Source of the DNA: Omnitrophica WOR_2 bacterium GWF2_43_52
GTDB taxonomy: Bacteria > Omnitrophota > Gorgyraeia > Gygaellales > UBA12090
Assembly (NCBI GenBank): GCA_001805445.1
Contig: MHGF01000034.1
Coordinates: 33,929 to 97,928 of the forward strand
Reading direction: 5' to 3'
DNA length: 64,000 bases
Positions 48,461-57,747 of this stretch are shown here, one piece after another; position 1 is the first letter of the stretch, and every line of letters begins with the position of its first letter. The translations under genes were made by a program, and so were the position numbers. The notes beneath the pieces are model-generated. The model did no database searches and was not told where the DNA came from. It worked only from the letters and a program-made list of their open reading frames with translations.

Positions 48461-49852
48461 GTGCCTTATATAAAGGAAAGGAGAGCGAAAAAGATGAAAC
48501 GGAAAAGACAGAGTTGTCTTTTGGCAATGTTGCTTGCTCTTGCGGTAGTAATGGTTACGCAGGCCCATGCAGGAGCTACCAGTGAAGGGTTTTTTATTCA
48601 AAATTATCTTCCCAAGGAATTAAAAGAAAAGCTTAAAGTAAGCCTCGAAATGCGCTATCGGCTTGAGGCGCGCGATGATTTTGATTTTAGCGAAACTGCC
48701 GATAGGACTACGAACGAAACCGATACCTTCCATCTCTTAAGAACCCGCCTTATGCTTGATGCCACTATTTCAGAATCTCTGCGCGGCTTTGTGCAGCTGC
48801 AGGATTCCCGTATTTTTGGCACTACTCCGGCAAATAGATGGAGCATTGCTTTTCGTGATGAGTTTGACGTGCGCCAGGCGTATATTGATTATAAGATAAA
48901 GCAAATTTCAGACGCGCTCACCCTGCGCTTAGGAAGGCAGGAGCTTTCCTACGGTGACCAGCGGTTAGTCGGAGGTTTTGACTGGTCAAATGTGGCGCAG
49001 TCTTTTGACGCGGCAAAGGTTATCTTCGCGCAAAAGCAGTTTACCATTGAAGGTTTTCTTTCGGAAAAAGTAAATATCGACCTTGCCAATCCTAATAATT
49101 GGTATGATGATAATGAAGGGTTTCACGGAGTGTACACCAGCTATAAAGGTTTAGATAAGCATGTTCTTGACATGTATTATCTTTATCGGAATAGCTCGGA
49201 ACCGGTTTCCTTTGGCCCCAGCGGGTCAAGGAAATTAAACGAGTTAACTTCAGGTATCAGATTAAAAGGCGATAAGGTGAATAATTTTGATTATACCTTG
49301 GAATACGCCTATCAGTCTGGTGAATTCGGCTCTCAGGATATTAACGCCTATGCCCTTATCCTGCAGGCAGGCTATACCTTGAGTGATATTCCCTGGACGC
49401 CGCGCCTTGGCCTGGAATGGGATTTTGCCACTGGCGATGAGGATTCAACCGACAACGAAAGAAACACCTTTGATAATCTCTGGCCTACGAACCACCTCTT
49501 CTATGGTTATATTGACTTCGTGAGCCTGCAGAATATCAATGCCTATAACCTCAGGTTAAATCTTAGCCCTACCAAGAAACTCAGCCTGCAGGGAGATTAT
49601 TGGCTGTTTTATCTTGACGAGACAACCGACGCGTTATATAATGCGGGAAGAGCCCAGCTAAGAGCGGCTAATCAAAGGGTTGGCAGCGGCTACGTGGGTT
49701 CTGAGGTGGATTTCCTGCTTAAATACGCCTTCAATAAAAATATCAATCTCTTAAGCGGCTATTCCCATTTCTTTGCCGGGACATTCTTAGCCCGCACCGG
49801 CGCCAATGACGACGCGGATTTCTTCTATCTGCAGAGTCTTTTGAAATTTTAA
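48461..49852 (+). CDS. outer-membrane beta-barrel protein (alginate-export/porin-like), C-terminal Phe
   Basis: Signal peptide MKRKRQSCLLAMLLALAVVMVTQAHA, beta-strand-rich, ends ...FFYLQSLLKF. Confidence 0.5.
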   Translation: MPYIKERRAKKMKRKRQSCLLAMLLALAVVMVTQAHAGATSEGFFIQNYLPKELKEKLKVSLEMRYRLEARDDFDFSETADRTTNETDTFHLLRTRLMLDATISESLRGFVQLQDSRIFGTTPANRWSIAFRDEFDVRQAYIDYKIKQISDALTLRLGRQELSYGDQRLVGGFDWSNVAQSFDAAKVIFAQKQFTIEGFLSEKVNIDLANPNNWYDDNEGFHGVYTSYKGLDKHVLDMYYLYRNSSEPVSFGPSGSRKLNELTSGIRLKGDKVNNFDYTLEYAYQSGEFGSQDINAYALILQAGYTLSDIPWTPRLGLEWDFATGDEDSTDNERNTFDNLWPTNHLFYGYIDFVSLQNINAYNLRLNLSPTKKLSLQGDYWLFYLDETTDALYNAGRAQLRAANQRVGSGYVGSEVDFLLKYAFNKNINLLSGYSHFFAGTFLARTGANDDADFFYLQSLLKF

Positions 49853-49867
49853 CTTAAGGGTCAGTTC

Positions 49868-49901
49868 GTCCTTCCTGTTTCTTCAATGAAACAGGAAGGA
49901 C
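49868..49901. other. perfect 14-bp stem hairpin (gtccttcctgtttc / gaaacaggaaggac) between the porin and haem-sensor genes
   Basis: Read directly from the sequence. It is followed on the plus strand by an A-run rather than a U-run, so it is not a canonical terminator. Confidence 0.4.
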
Positions 49902-49940
49902 GAAAAAAGATAAAAAACAGATGCGCGAAAGGAGGAAACA

Positions 49941-50573
49941 ATGTTAAAAAAGGTGAGCGTAACAATGGTTTTATTTGCCTTCATCATAGGTTGTGTAGGC
50001 ATTCTTCCGGCAATGGCTGCCGAGAAGATAGATGTGCGTAAGGTGGCCGAGGATTTAGCCCAATACCTGGTTTCTACCCGCCGTATGATTTCGCAAATGG
50101 TAGATGTTATTAATACCCATGGGGCAAAGGTTGAAGAACCTCTTCCTAAGGATGCTCCTTATGCCTTTAAAGGGGTTATTCCCGCGTATATGGGAAGAAT
50201 TATCGGCGACGATTTCTTTAAAAATAGCGGTATCCGGGTAAAACAGACCACCTTAGGTAAGGGCGAATACGGTGTACGTAACACCTATAACACGGCCGAT
50301 GACTGGGAAAAAGAGGTGTTAACCCGTTTCTATGAGCCATCATATCCTAAAGGAAAAGGCTATGGTGAAGAAGCTGACTGGGAAGGCAAAAAAGTGTACC
50401 GTTATATGCTTCCCCTCTATATTGAAAAGAGCTGCCTGAAATGCCATGGGGACCCTGCCACCTCTCCTACCGGAGACGGAAAGGATATGGCGGGAAAGCC
50501 TATGGAGAATTATCTGGAAGGCGAAATACGAGGCGGGATTAGCGTTATTATACCTTTAGAAGAGAAAACCTAA
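49941..50573 (+). CDS. periplasmic c-type haem protein, DUF3365 (Tll0287-like) sensor domain
   Basis: Signal peptide; CXXCH as SCLKCHGDP near the C-terminus, preceded by VYRYMLPLY. Immediately upstream of the MCP gene. Confidence 0.6.
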   Translation: MLKKVSVTMVLFAFIIGCVGILPAMAAEKIDVRKVAEDLAQYLVSTRRMISQMVDVINTHGAKVEEPLPKDAPYAFKGVIPAYMGRIIGDDFFKNSGIRVKQTTLGKGEYGVRNTYNTADDWEKEVLTRFYEPSYPKGKGYGEEADWEGKKVYRYMLPLYIEKSCLKCHGDPATSPTGDGKDMAGKPMENYLEGEIRGGISVIIPLEEKT

Positions 50574-50693
50574 TACCGAAAAGCTAAAAATAAAACATAT
50601 GGCGGGGGTAGATACGGTATAAAGAATCTACCTCCGCATAGTTTTAGGAAACCATAGCATAAGAATTTCTACTAAAAAAGGAGCTGAGAAAGG

Positions 50694-52799
50694 ATGGGGA
50701 AAAAATCATATACCAGTATACGGGTGAAGCTGTTGAGGTGGTTTATCCTTATCTCTATAGGGCCTCTATCGTTAGCTAGTATCCTTATCTACCTTAACAG
50801 CCGTACCATAGTAACCGAAAGAATCGCCAGCGAATTAAATATCTTGACCAAAGGTATTGAAGGAAAGGTAGCGGCATTTATCGAAGGTAAAAAAGGCAGG
50901 ACCCTTGATTTCTGTTCAGATGGTGTGGTCAAAGACGGCCTTACCTATTACGATCCTGATGATTCTGCCGTAGCGACTCTGGTCAAAAATACCAATAATC
51001 ATTTAATTAAAAACAAGATGTCCTTGGATAGTTATTTAGTGGATCTTATGATAATTAATCTCAAGGGAAAAGTCGTTTTTGCCACGAATGATAAGCTTCT
51101 GGGAAGGGATGAATCAAAGAAGGAATATTTTATTAATATCAGTAAATATTTTAAAGATAAGGCAATGCAGGAGAAACTAAAAAAAGATCCTACAGTCTTA
51201 GTCTATGCTACGGATTTTTATATGGCAGAAGATTTAGGCAAGCCGGTATTAGCCATAAGCAATGTGGTTACCGCGCGGGCAACATCGCTTCCTTTGGGGG
51301 TATTGGTTAACCGCTATAAGGGCGATATGCTTAATCAGGTGCTTGCGGAAGAAGGCGATACCTTAGGAACGGGCGGAAAGTCCTATGTGGTAAATAAGGA
51401 TGGTTTTCTATTGACCATACCTAAATTTATGGAAGGAAAAGGCGATCAGGTTATTCTTAAGGAACAGCTTAAGAGTTTTCCCATCATTCAGGCGCAGAAA
51501 AAGTCAGTAGGAACAGACGCGAAAACGTATCAGGATTCTACCGGAAAGACTGTTTTGGGCTCGGCTATGATTGATAAGGCAAAAGGCTGGATTATTCTGG
51601 CAGAACGGGACGTTAAGGTGGCATTCGCCCCTTTAAACAGCTTAGTAAGTCTCTTATGTATCATAGGTATTATAGCGCTGGTGATTGTAATCTTATTGTC
51701 AATCTTTATCTCAGGACGGATTGCCAGCCCTATTCTAAAACTTTTAGGTATTTCTGAGGTGATTACCAAGGGAGACTTAACGACAGAGGTTAACGTTCAC
51801 AGTAATGATGAAATAGGCCGTTTAGCGGATTCTTTTAAAAGTATGGTTGGCGCTATGCACGATATGGTTTCTCAGGCGCTGAGTACCGCGGATAAAGTTG
51901 CTTCGTCAGCACAAGAGCTATCCAGCTCTTCGGAAGAAATGAATGCCTCTACCCAGGAGGTATCCACGGCGATTCAGAATGTGGCAAAAGGCGCGATAAC
52001 CCAGGCTGAACGCGCGGCCCAGACTTCAGAGGCAATGGAGCAGGCATCGGTAACCTTAAAAGAAGTGGTCGCGAATGCCCAGAGTACGACAAACGCGGTA
52101 AATCAGGCAAGCGCGCGCGTGCAAAAGGGTAAGGCCACTGCTCAGGAAGCAGTGAATAAGATTACCGGTTTGACCGATACGGTTGTCTCAACCGCGAAAG
52201 TCATCCAGGGCTTAGGAGAAAAATCCCAGGCTATCGGTGAAATCACTGATACTATCACTTCTATTGCCGACCAGACCAATCTCCTGGCATTAAACGCGGC
52301 CATAGAGGCGGCGCGTGCCGGTGAAGCAGGCCGCGGCTTCGCGGTTGTTGCCGAAGAGGTGCGAAAACTTGCCGAAGGTTCTGCCGAGGCAGTGCGAAAG
52401 ATTGGAAAACTCATTAAGTCCATTCAGTCAGAGACTCAGGAAGCAGTTAGCGCGATACAGGCAAGTTCCAAAGAGGTGCAGGAAGGGCAGGCTGAGGTAG
52501 CCAAGATAACCGATATCCTCGGTGAGATCAACAAGGCAGTGCAGGAAGTCAACGCCATGGCTGGCCAGATTACGACTTTAATTCAGCAGCAGGTTAAGGC
52601 TAACGAACAGGTTACTAAGGCAGTCAATGATGTTTCGGTAATTGCCAAAGAATCAGCGGCAACCGCGGAAGAGGTTTCTTCCTCAACCGAGGAACAGACT
52701 GCCTCTATGCAGGAGATGTCCGCCTCAGCCCAGGAGCTTTCCAACCTCTCGATGAGCCTGAAGAATTTGGTTGGAAGATTCAGGGTGCGCGGAAAATAA
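50694..52799 (+). CDS. methyl-accepting chemotaxis protein with periplasmic Cache-like sensor domain
   Basis: TM-sensor-TM-HAMP-MA architecture. The C-terminal ~300 aa are nearly identical to the 40169..41914 product. Confidence 0.9.
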   Translation: MGKKSYTSIRVKLLRWFILISIGPLSLASILIYLNSRTIVTERIASELNILTKGIEGKVAAFIEGKKGRTLDFCSDGVVKDGLTYYDPDDSAVATLVKNTNNHLIKNKMSLDSYLVDLMIINLKGKVVFATNDKLLGRDESKKEYFINISKYFKDKAMQEKLKKDPTVLVYATDFYMAEDLGKPVLAISNVVTARATSLPLGVLVNRYKGDMLNQVLAEEGDTLGTGGKSYVVNKDGFLLTIPKFMEGKGDQVILKEQLKSFPIIQAQKKSVGTDAKTYQDSTGKTVLGSAMIDKAKGWIILAERDVKVAFAPLNSLVSLLCIIGIIALVIVILLSIFISGRIASPILKLLGISEVITKGDLTTEVNVHSNDEIGRLADSFKSMVGAMHDMVSQALSTADKVASSAQELSSSSEEMNASTQEVSTAIQNVAKGAITQAERAAQTSEAMEQASVTLKEVVANAQSTTNAVNQASARVQKGKATAQEAVNKITGLTDTVVSTAKVIQGLGEKSQAIGEITDTITSIADQTNLLALNAAIEAARAGEAGRGFAVVAEEVRKLAEGSAEAVRKIGKLIKSIQSETQEAVSAIQASSKEVQEGQAEVAKITDILGEINKAVQEVNAMAGQITTLIQQQVKANEQVTKAVNDVSVIAKESAATAEEVSSSTEEQTASMQEMSASAQELSNLSMSLKNLVGRFRVRGK

Positions 52800-52861
52800 A
52801 ATAGTAGCAAGAAAAAACACTTTTAAGATTGTATATAAAGATTGTTGGTAGCTGTCAAAAA

Positions 52862-52908
52862 AATATATACCCTGCCGGAGATTACTCTGGCGGGGTATAT
52901 TTTTCCCC
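52862..52908 (+). terminator. rho-independent terminator after the MCP gene
   Basis: ataccctgccggagattactctggcggggtat followed by atttttcc. Confidence 0.5.
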
Positions 52909-52914
52909 AAGAAA

Positions 52915-52990
52915 GCCTCTAGTACACAGTAAAGATAGTTTTTATGAAAAATATACTGTGCACTAGTAGAACGTGACATTACTTATTGCA
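52915..52990. repeat. TIR-only remnant of MITE family A (ctagtacacagt ... actgtgcactagtagaacgtgacattacttattg)
   Basis: Palindromic pair read directly from the sequence. The right half matches the copy 1 left TIR (actagtacaccgtgacataaattactg). Confidence 0.35.
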
Positions 52991-53125
52991 AAATAACCAA
53001 ACATCAATTTCCAATAATCAAATAATAACCAATATGCCAATGACCAAACGATTTGGTTATTGGGTATTGTTACGAGAAGCTGGTCTCTTGCCTCTATAAG
53101 ATAATAGGCAGGTGACTTTATTGTA

Positions 53126-53689
53126 ATGAGATATTATCCTATTCTTTTAGATTTAAAAGGCAAAGAATGTGTCGTCGTTGGGGGGGGGAGCGTAGCGCAA
53201 AGAAAGGTTTATGCTCTGCTTAAAGCCGGCGCGCGCGTTAAGGTAATCAGCCCTAAACTTACGAAAGGCCTAAGGGAGCTAAAAAAAAAGAAGAAGATTG
53301 CTTGCCTATCTTCAACCTACACCAAAGGTTCTCTTCAGGATGCTTTCTTAGTTATTGCCGCAACCAATAGCCAAGTAACCAATAAACAAGTAGCGCTTGA
53401 TGCGGCATCGCGCGGCAGTTTGATTAACGTGGTCGACGCCTCTGTTTTAAGTAATTTTATTGTTCCTTCAGTAATAGCAAAAAAAGATTTGATTATTAGT
53501 ATCTCGACAAGCGGTAAAGCTCCTTGTTTAAGTAAAAGAATACGCAAAGATTTAGAAAAGCTTTTGGTTCCGGAATATGCCATCTTCTTGAGCCGGTTAA
53601 AGGAAATCCGCGGTAATATAAAGTTGCGATGCCTCAACGCAAAGCAAAAGGCGCAAGTATTACATAGCCTGGTTGAGGCAAAGGTATAA
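53126..53689 (+). CDS. sirC: precorrin-2 dehydrogenase / sirohydrochlorin ferrochelatase (SirC/CysG-N-like)
   Basis: YPILLDLKGKECVVVGGGSVAQRKVYALLKAGARVKVISP Rossmann N-terminus; 187 aa. Confidence 0.65.
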   Translation: MRYYPILLDLKGKECVVVGGGSVAQRKVYALLKAGARVKVISPKLTKGLRELKKKKKIACLSSTYTKGSLQDAFLVIAATNSQVTNKQVALDAASRGSLINVVDASVLSNFIVPSVIAKKDLIISISTSGKAPCLSKRIRKDLEKLLVPEYAIFLSRLKEIRGNIKLRCLNAKQKAQVLHSLVEAKV

Positions 53690-53692
53690 CGC

Positions 53693-54742
53693 ATGCATTT
53701 TCAAATCGTCGGTATAAATCATAAGAGTGCCCCCATAGGGATACGGGAAAAGGTTTCTTTCTCCGCTAAAGAGCTTGGTAGCGCCCTCAGGCAGTTAGCG
53801 GCAAGCGAGGCTATAGCAGAAACCCTGATTTTATCTACCTGTAACCGTGTCGAGCTTTATAGTATCACCGGTGACCTGCATCAAGGTTTTCAATCCGCGG
53901 TTGAGTTTTTATGCGGCTTCCATAAGATTGAGAATGACTATCTCAAGAAGCACCTCTATTGCTTACATGATACCCATGCCTTGAGGCACCTTTTTAAGGT
54001 AGTGTCTTCTTTAGATTCTATGGTAGTAGGAGAAACCCAAATCTTTGGCCAGGTTAAGGATGCGTTAGCCAAGGCAAAAGAATCGGCTACCATAGGCAAA
54101 CAGCTCAATAAAATCTTTGAAGAAGCCATCCGCGTGGGTAAAAAGGCCCGCGCCGAAACCGCGATCGGAAAGGGCGCTGTTTCTATAAGTTCAGCGGCGA
54201 TAGTATTAGCCAAGAAGATTTTTGGAAACCTTAACAACAAAAAGATATTGATTATCGGCGCGGGGAAAATCGCGGAACTTGCCGTGGATAATCTCTACGC
54301 CAAGGGCGTAAAGACCGTCATCGTCGCAAACCGCACCTTTGATAAGGCTAAGGAATTAGCGTCTTTATTTGGAGGACAAGCCGTCGGCTTTGATCAAATC
54401 TTTGGCTGCCTGCAGGACGCGGACATCCTGATTAGCTCAACCAGCGCGCCTCACTACATTATTACCTATAAGCATATCGCGGAAGCTATGAAGCTAAGAA
54501 ACCATCGGACGCTCTTTCTTATTGATTTGGGGCTTCCCCGTAATATTTCTCCTGAAGTTTCTGAGCTTGAGCAGGTGCATCTTTATAATATCGATGGTTT
54601 AACCAGTGTGTGCGACGCGAATATCAGAGAAAGGCTTTTAGAGGTCAAGAAGGTAGAGCAGATTATAGAGCGGCGCATGGCGCGCCTTGAGAAAGAATTG
54701 TTTTCCCCACAGCAAGAAGCATTATCGGAGTCCGTAGCATAA
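53693..54742 (+). CDS. hemA: glutamyl-tRNA reductase
   Basis: LSTCNRVELY, HLF.V.S.LDSMVVGE.QI.GQVK, IIGAGKIAELA. Confidence 0.85.
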   Translation: MHFQIVGINHKSAPIGIREKVSFSAKELGSALRQLAASEAIAETLILSTCNRVELYSITGDLHQGFQSAVEFLCGFHKIENDYLKKHLYCLHDTHALRHLFKVVSSLDSMVVGETQIFGQVKDALAKAKESATIGKQLNKIFEEAIRVGKKARAETAIGKGAVSISSAAIVLAKKIFGNLNNKKILIIGAGKIAELAVDNLYAKGVKTVIVANRTFDKAKELASLFGGQAVGFDQIFGCLQDADILISSTSAPHYIITYKHIAEAMKLRNHRTLFLIDLGLPRNISPEVSELEQVHLYNIDGLTSVCDANIRERLLEVKKVEQIIERRMARLEKELFSPQQEALSESVA

Positions 54743-54904
54743 ACCCGCATTGTAGTTTCTTACGCATTCCCTTATGAAACTTTCATGCCCCGCTAAAGGC
54801 GCGGGGCACTAAAGAGAATGAAAATTAGGATACCCCCGAGGTGCAACGTGTTGCTCTTTTGGGGTGAATGATGGTTATATCGGTGATTATGGTAATCCGG
54901 ACAG

Positions 54905-55127
54905 AAGTGCACTACTGTCATAGATTTCTCTTAGGCAGGGCGGAGGTCCTGTCAAGGTTATGTCTTCGCAGGGACGTTCGGCTTGCTCCTGCGGCAATCC
55001 TCACTCGGCGTAAATTTTCGCGCCCGCCACTAAAAGCGATGGCGGGTCCAAGCCGCAAAAATTTCCGTACGCCCCGCTCACACATAACTTTGCCACCCCC
55101 GCTTTCGAAGGTAGTGACTAGTTCAAT
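54905..55127 (+). repeat. MITE-like repeat family A, copy 2
   Basis: Core gggcggaggtcctgtcaaggttatgtcttcgcagggacg...gcaaaaatttccgtacgccccgctcacacataac, collinear with copy 1. TIRs partly degenerate. Confidence 0.6.
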
Positions 55128-55154
55128 GCGGGTTTAGAATAAGGAGATTTTCGA

Positions 55155-56102
55155 GTGAAAAAACAGGAAATAATAGTCGGCGCCAGGGGAAGCCTGCTCT
55201 CGGTTACTCAGGCCCAAGGGCTGATTCGTTCTCTGAAGAGAAAATTGCCGCGCCATAGCTTTTTGCTCAAGAAAATCACAACATTTGGAGATAAGGCTAA
55301 AGACTGGCAGCGTTTGGAGGTAGGGATATTTGTCAAGGAATTAGAAGACGCACTTTTGCGTCATGAAATAGATCTTGCCGTTCATAGCGTTAAGGACTTG
55401 CCTTCCAGCCTTCCTAAAGGGTTATCGTTAGCGGCAATTCCTCGACGGCAAGACCCGCGAGATTGCGTCATTACGAGGCGAAGGGCTACCCTTTTAAAAC
55501 TTAAAAGAAACGCTATTATCGGTACCAGCAGCCTGCGCAGGGCCGCGCAGTGTTTAGCCCTGCGTCCAGATATACAGATTAAAGATTTACGGGGAAATGT
55601 AGATACCCGGATTAAGAAATTGTTGTCCGGTGAATATGAGGCACTTATAATAGCCTTAGCCGCTCTTAAGCGGCTTGGATATAAGGCTCCTTTGGCGTAT
55701 ATGGGGAAAGAGCGATTTTTTATCCAGCCTCTCCCTATTGGGTTGATGACTCCTGCCTGCGGGCAGGGCGCTTTGGGAGTTGAAATACGAAGCGATAATC
55801 AAAAGGCGCGCTTTGTGGCAAAAGCAATCAATGACGATAAAAGTTTTCTCCGCGTCCAGTGCGAACGGGTATTTTTAAAAGAGTTTGGCGCTGGATGCCG
55901 TATCCCTTTAGGGGCTTTGGCTAAGATTAGGGGCAGGCAGATTCATTTGTCAATAATGGTTGCACGTAGCGATGGTAAGAAAATAGTCCGTTTCAGCCGT
56001 AAGGCGGATATAAAAGACGCGAAAATATTAGCAAAGCAGGCAGCGCGTGAAGTCTTTAAAAGAGCGGATAAGGACATCTTAGAAGGGGTGGACAAGCTTT
56101 GA
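55155..56102 (+). CDS. hemC: porphobilinogen deaminase (hydroxymethylbilane synthase)
   Basis: IIVGARGSLLSVTQAQ..., GTSSLRRAAQ; 315 aa. Confidence 0.85.
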   Translation: MKKQEIIVGARGSLLSVTQAQGLIRSLKRKLPRHSFLLKKITTFGDKAKDWQRLEVGIFVKELEDALLRHEIDLAVHSVKDLPSSLPKGLSLAAIPRRQDPRDCVITRRRATLLKLKRNAIIGTSSLRRAAQCLALRPDIQIKDLRGNVDTRIKKLLSGEYEALIIALAALKRLGYKAPLAYMGKERFFIQPLPIGLMTPACGQGALGVEIRSDNQKARFVAKAINDDKSFLRVQCERVFLKEFGAGCRIPLGALAKIRGRQIHLSIMVARSDGKKIVRFSRKADIKDAKILAKQAAREVFKRADKDILEGVDKL

Positions 56103-57616
56103 AAAAGACAGGTAAAGTATATTTGGTAGGGGCAGGCCCGGGCGATCCTGGCTTACTTACTATCAAAGGCCTTGAGTGCTTACAGGGTGCCCAGGTTGTT
56201 ATCTATGACCGGCTGGTGAATCCATACTTACTTACGCTTGTATCTCCTTTAGCAGAGCGTATTTACGCGGGAAAATCTCCCCGCAGGCATACCCTCTCAC
56301 AGGAGGATATCAACGCGCTTTTGGTGAAAAAAGCCAAGGCAGGTAAAATAGTCGTGCGGCTTAAATGCGGAGACCCTTTTTTATTCGGCAGAGGCGCTGA
56401 AGAGGCATTAACCTTGGCGTGTTGCCATATTCCTTTTGAAGTGGTTCCGGGAGTTTCCAGCGCTTTCGCGGTGCCTTCGTACGCGGGCATTCCCCTTACC
56501 CACCGAGGCCATACCTCATCCGTAGGCATATTTACCGGCCATGAAGATGCCGCTAAACAGTGTTCGGCTATAGACTGGGAAAAGGTTTCGTGTGGTTTGG
56601 GAACGCTTGTTTTTTTAATGGGCGTAGAGAACCTTTCAGAAATTGTAAAAAATCTCATTCGCTATGGCAGGCCGCGGCAGACCCCCTGCTGTGTGATTCA
56701 ACAGGGCAGCCTCCCGGAACAAAAAACTGTGAGCGCTGATTTGGCAACTATTGTTGATAAGGCCATAAAAGAAAACATTACTCCTCCTGCGATATGCGTG
56801 GTTGGCGAGGTTGTCTCGTTAAGAAAAGAAATTAATTGGTTTGAAACCAAGCCGCTTTTTGGCAAAAAGATTTTAATCACCCGTCCCTCCGAGAACGAGG
56901 AGCACGCGTTATCAAGGCTTTTAACGGCATACGGGGCATCGTGTACGGAATTTCCGGTGGTTGAAATTAAGCCGCTTGCTTCCTATGTGTCGCTTGATAG
57001 GATTATTAAACAGATAGACAGGTTTGATTGGGTGATCTTTACCAGTCAAAACGGAGTCCGGTTTTTTAATACACGATTAGCTTTTCAAAAAAAAGACTGG
57101 CGAATACTGCAGGATATAAAGCTTGCCGCGATAGGCCCAAGAACCGCCGCGGCCATCAAAGCTTTCGGTATTCGGGTTGATTCTGAGGCACGCACTTTTT
57201 GCCAGGAAGGTTTATTGGAACAATTTAGGAAAATAAAAGTAAAAGGGAAATCTATCGCCTTGGTCAGGGCCCAAGAAGCGCGGGATATTCTTCCTCAAGG
57301 CCTTAAAAAAATGGGAGCGGCAGTTACTCTTGCTCCGGCCTATCGGACCGTTGCCAAAAGCTCTCCTAAAGCCGCCGTGGGCTTTCTCGCTGATTTTGAT
57401 AGTATCAGTTTTACCAGCTCATCGTGTGTTCAGGGTTTTTTTAACATTTTTTCTACAAAAGCTATCAAGAGCCGAAAGAATAAATTTAAGGTTGCAAGTA
57501 TTGGCCCGATTACCTCAAAAACCGCGCGTGGCTTTGGGCTTAAGGTAGATATTGAAGCTACAGAGTATACGTTCGACGGCCTGGCACAGGCGATTGCAGG
57601 ATATTATAAAAAATAA
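56099..57616 (+). CDS. cobA-hemD: uroporphyrinogen-III C-methyltransferase fused to uroporphyrinogen-III synthase (CobA/HemD)
   Basis: VYLVGAGPGDPGLLTIKGLECLQGAQVVIYDRLV (SUMT) plus a C-terminal HemD-like half; 505 aa. Confidence 0.8.
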   Translation: MKKTGKVYLVGAGPGDPGLLTIKGLECLQGAQVVIYDRLVNPYLLTLVSPLAERIYAGKSPRRHTLSQEDINALLVKKAKAGKIVVRLKCGDPFLFGRGAEEALTLACCHIPFEVVPGVSSAFAVPSYAGIPLTHRGHTSSVGIFTGHEDAAKQCSAIDWEKVSCGLGTLVFLMGVENLSEIVKNLIRYGRPRQTPCCVIQQGSLPEQKTVSADLATIVDKAIKENITPPAICVVGEVVSLRKEINWFETKPLFGKKILITRPSENEEHALSRLLTAYGASCTEFPVVEIKPLASYVSLDRIIKQIDRFDWVIFTSQNGVRFFNTRLAFQKKDWRILQDIKLAAIGPRTAAAIKAFGIRVDSEARTFCQEGLLEQFRKIKVKGKSIALVRAQEARDILPQGLKKMGAAVTLAPAYRTVAKSSPKAAVGFLADFDSISFTSSSCVQGFFNIFSTKAIKSRKNKFKVASIGPITSKTARGFGLKVDIEATEYTFDGLAQAIAGYYKK

Positions 57617-57747
57617 CATAACTGTCAAAAATAGCGCAGTCGAACCATCGAATCTCGTCCGCGGCCTTACCGCCAGCTAGAGGGCAGTGCCAAGGCGCAG
57701 CCTTAAGAATGTAAGTAACTTTCTAAGGCCGCGCCTTGATTAAATAA

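Noticed and set aside
57630-57700. tRNA-like fragment (..gtcgaaccatcgaatctcgtccgcgg..)
   Set aside because: It superficially resembles a T-arm, but no acceptor, D or anticodon stem can be assembled on either strand. More likely part of the terminator hairpin region after cobA-hemD.
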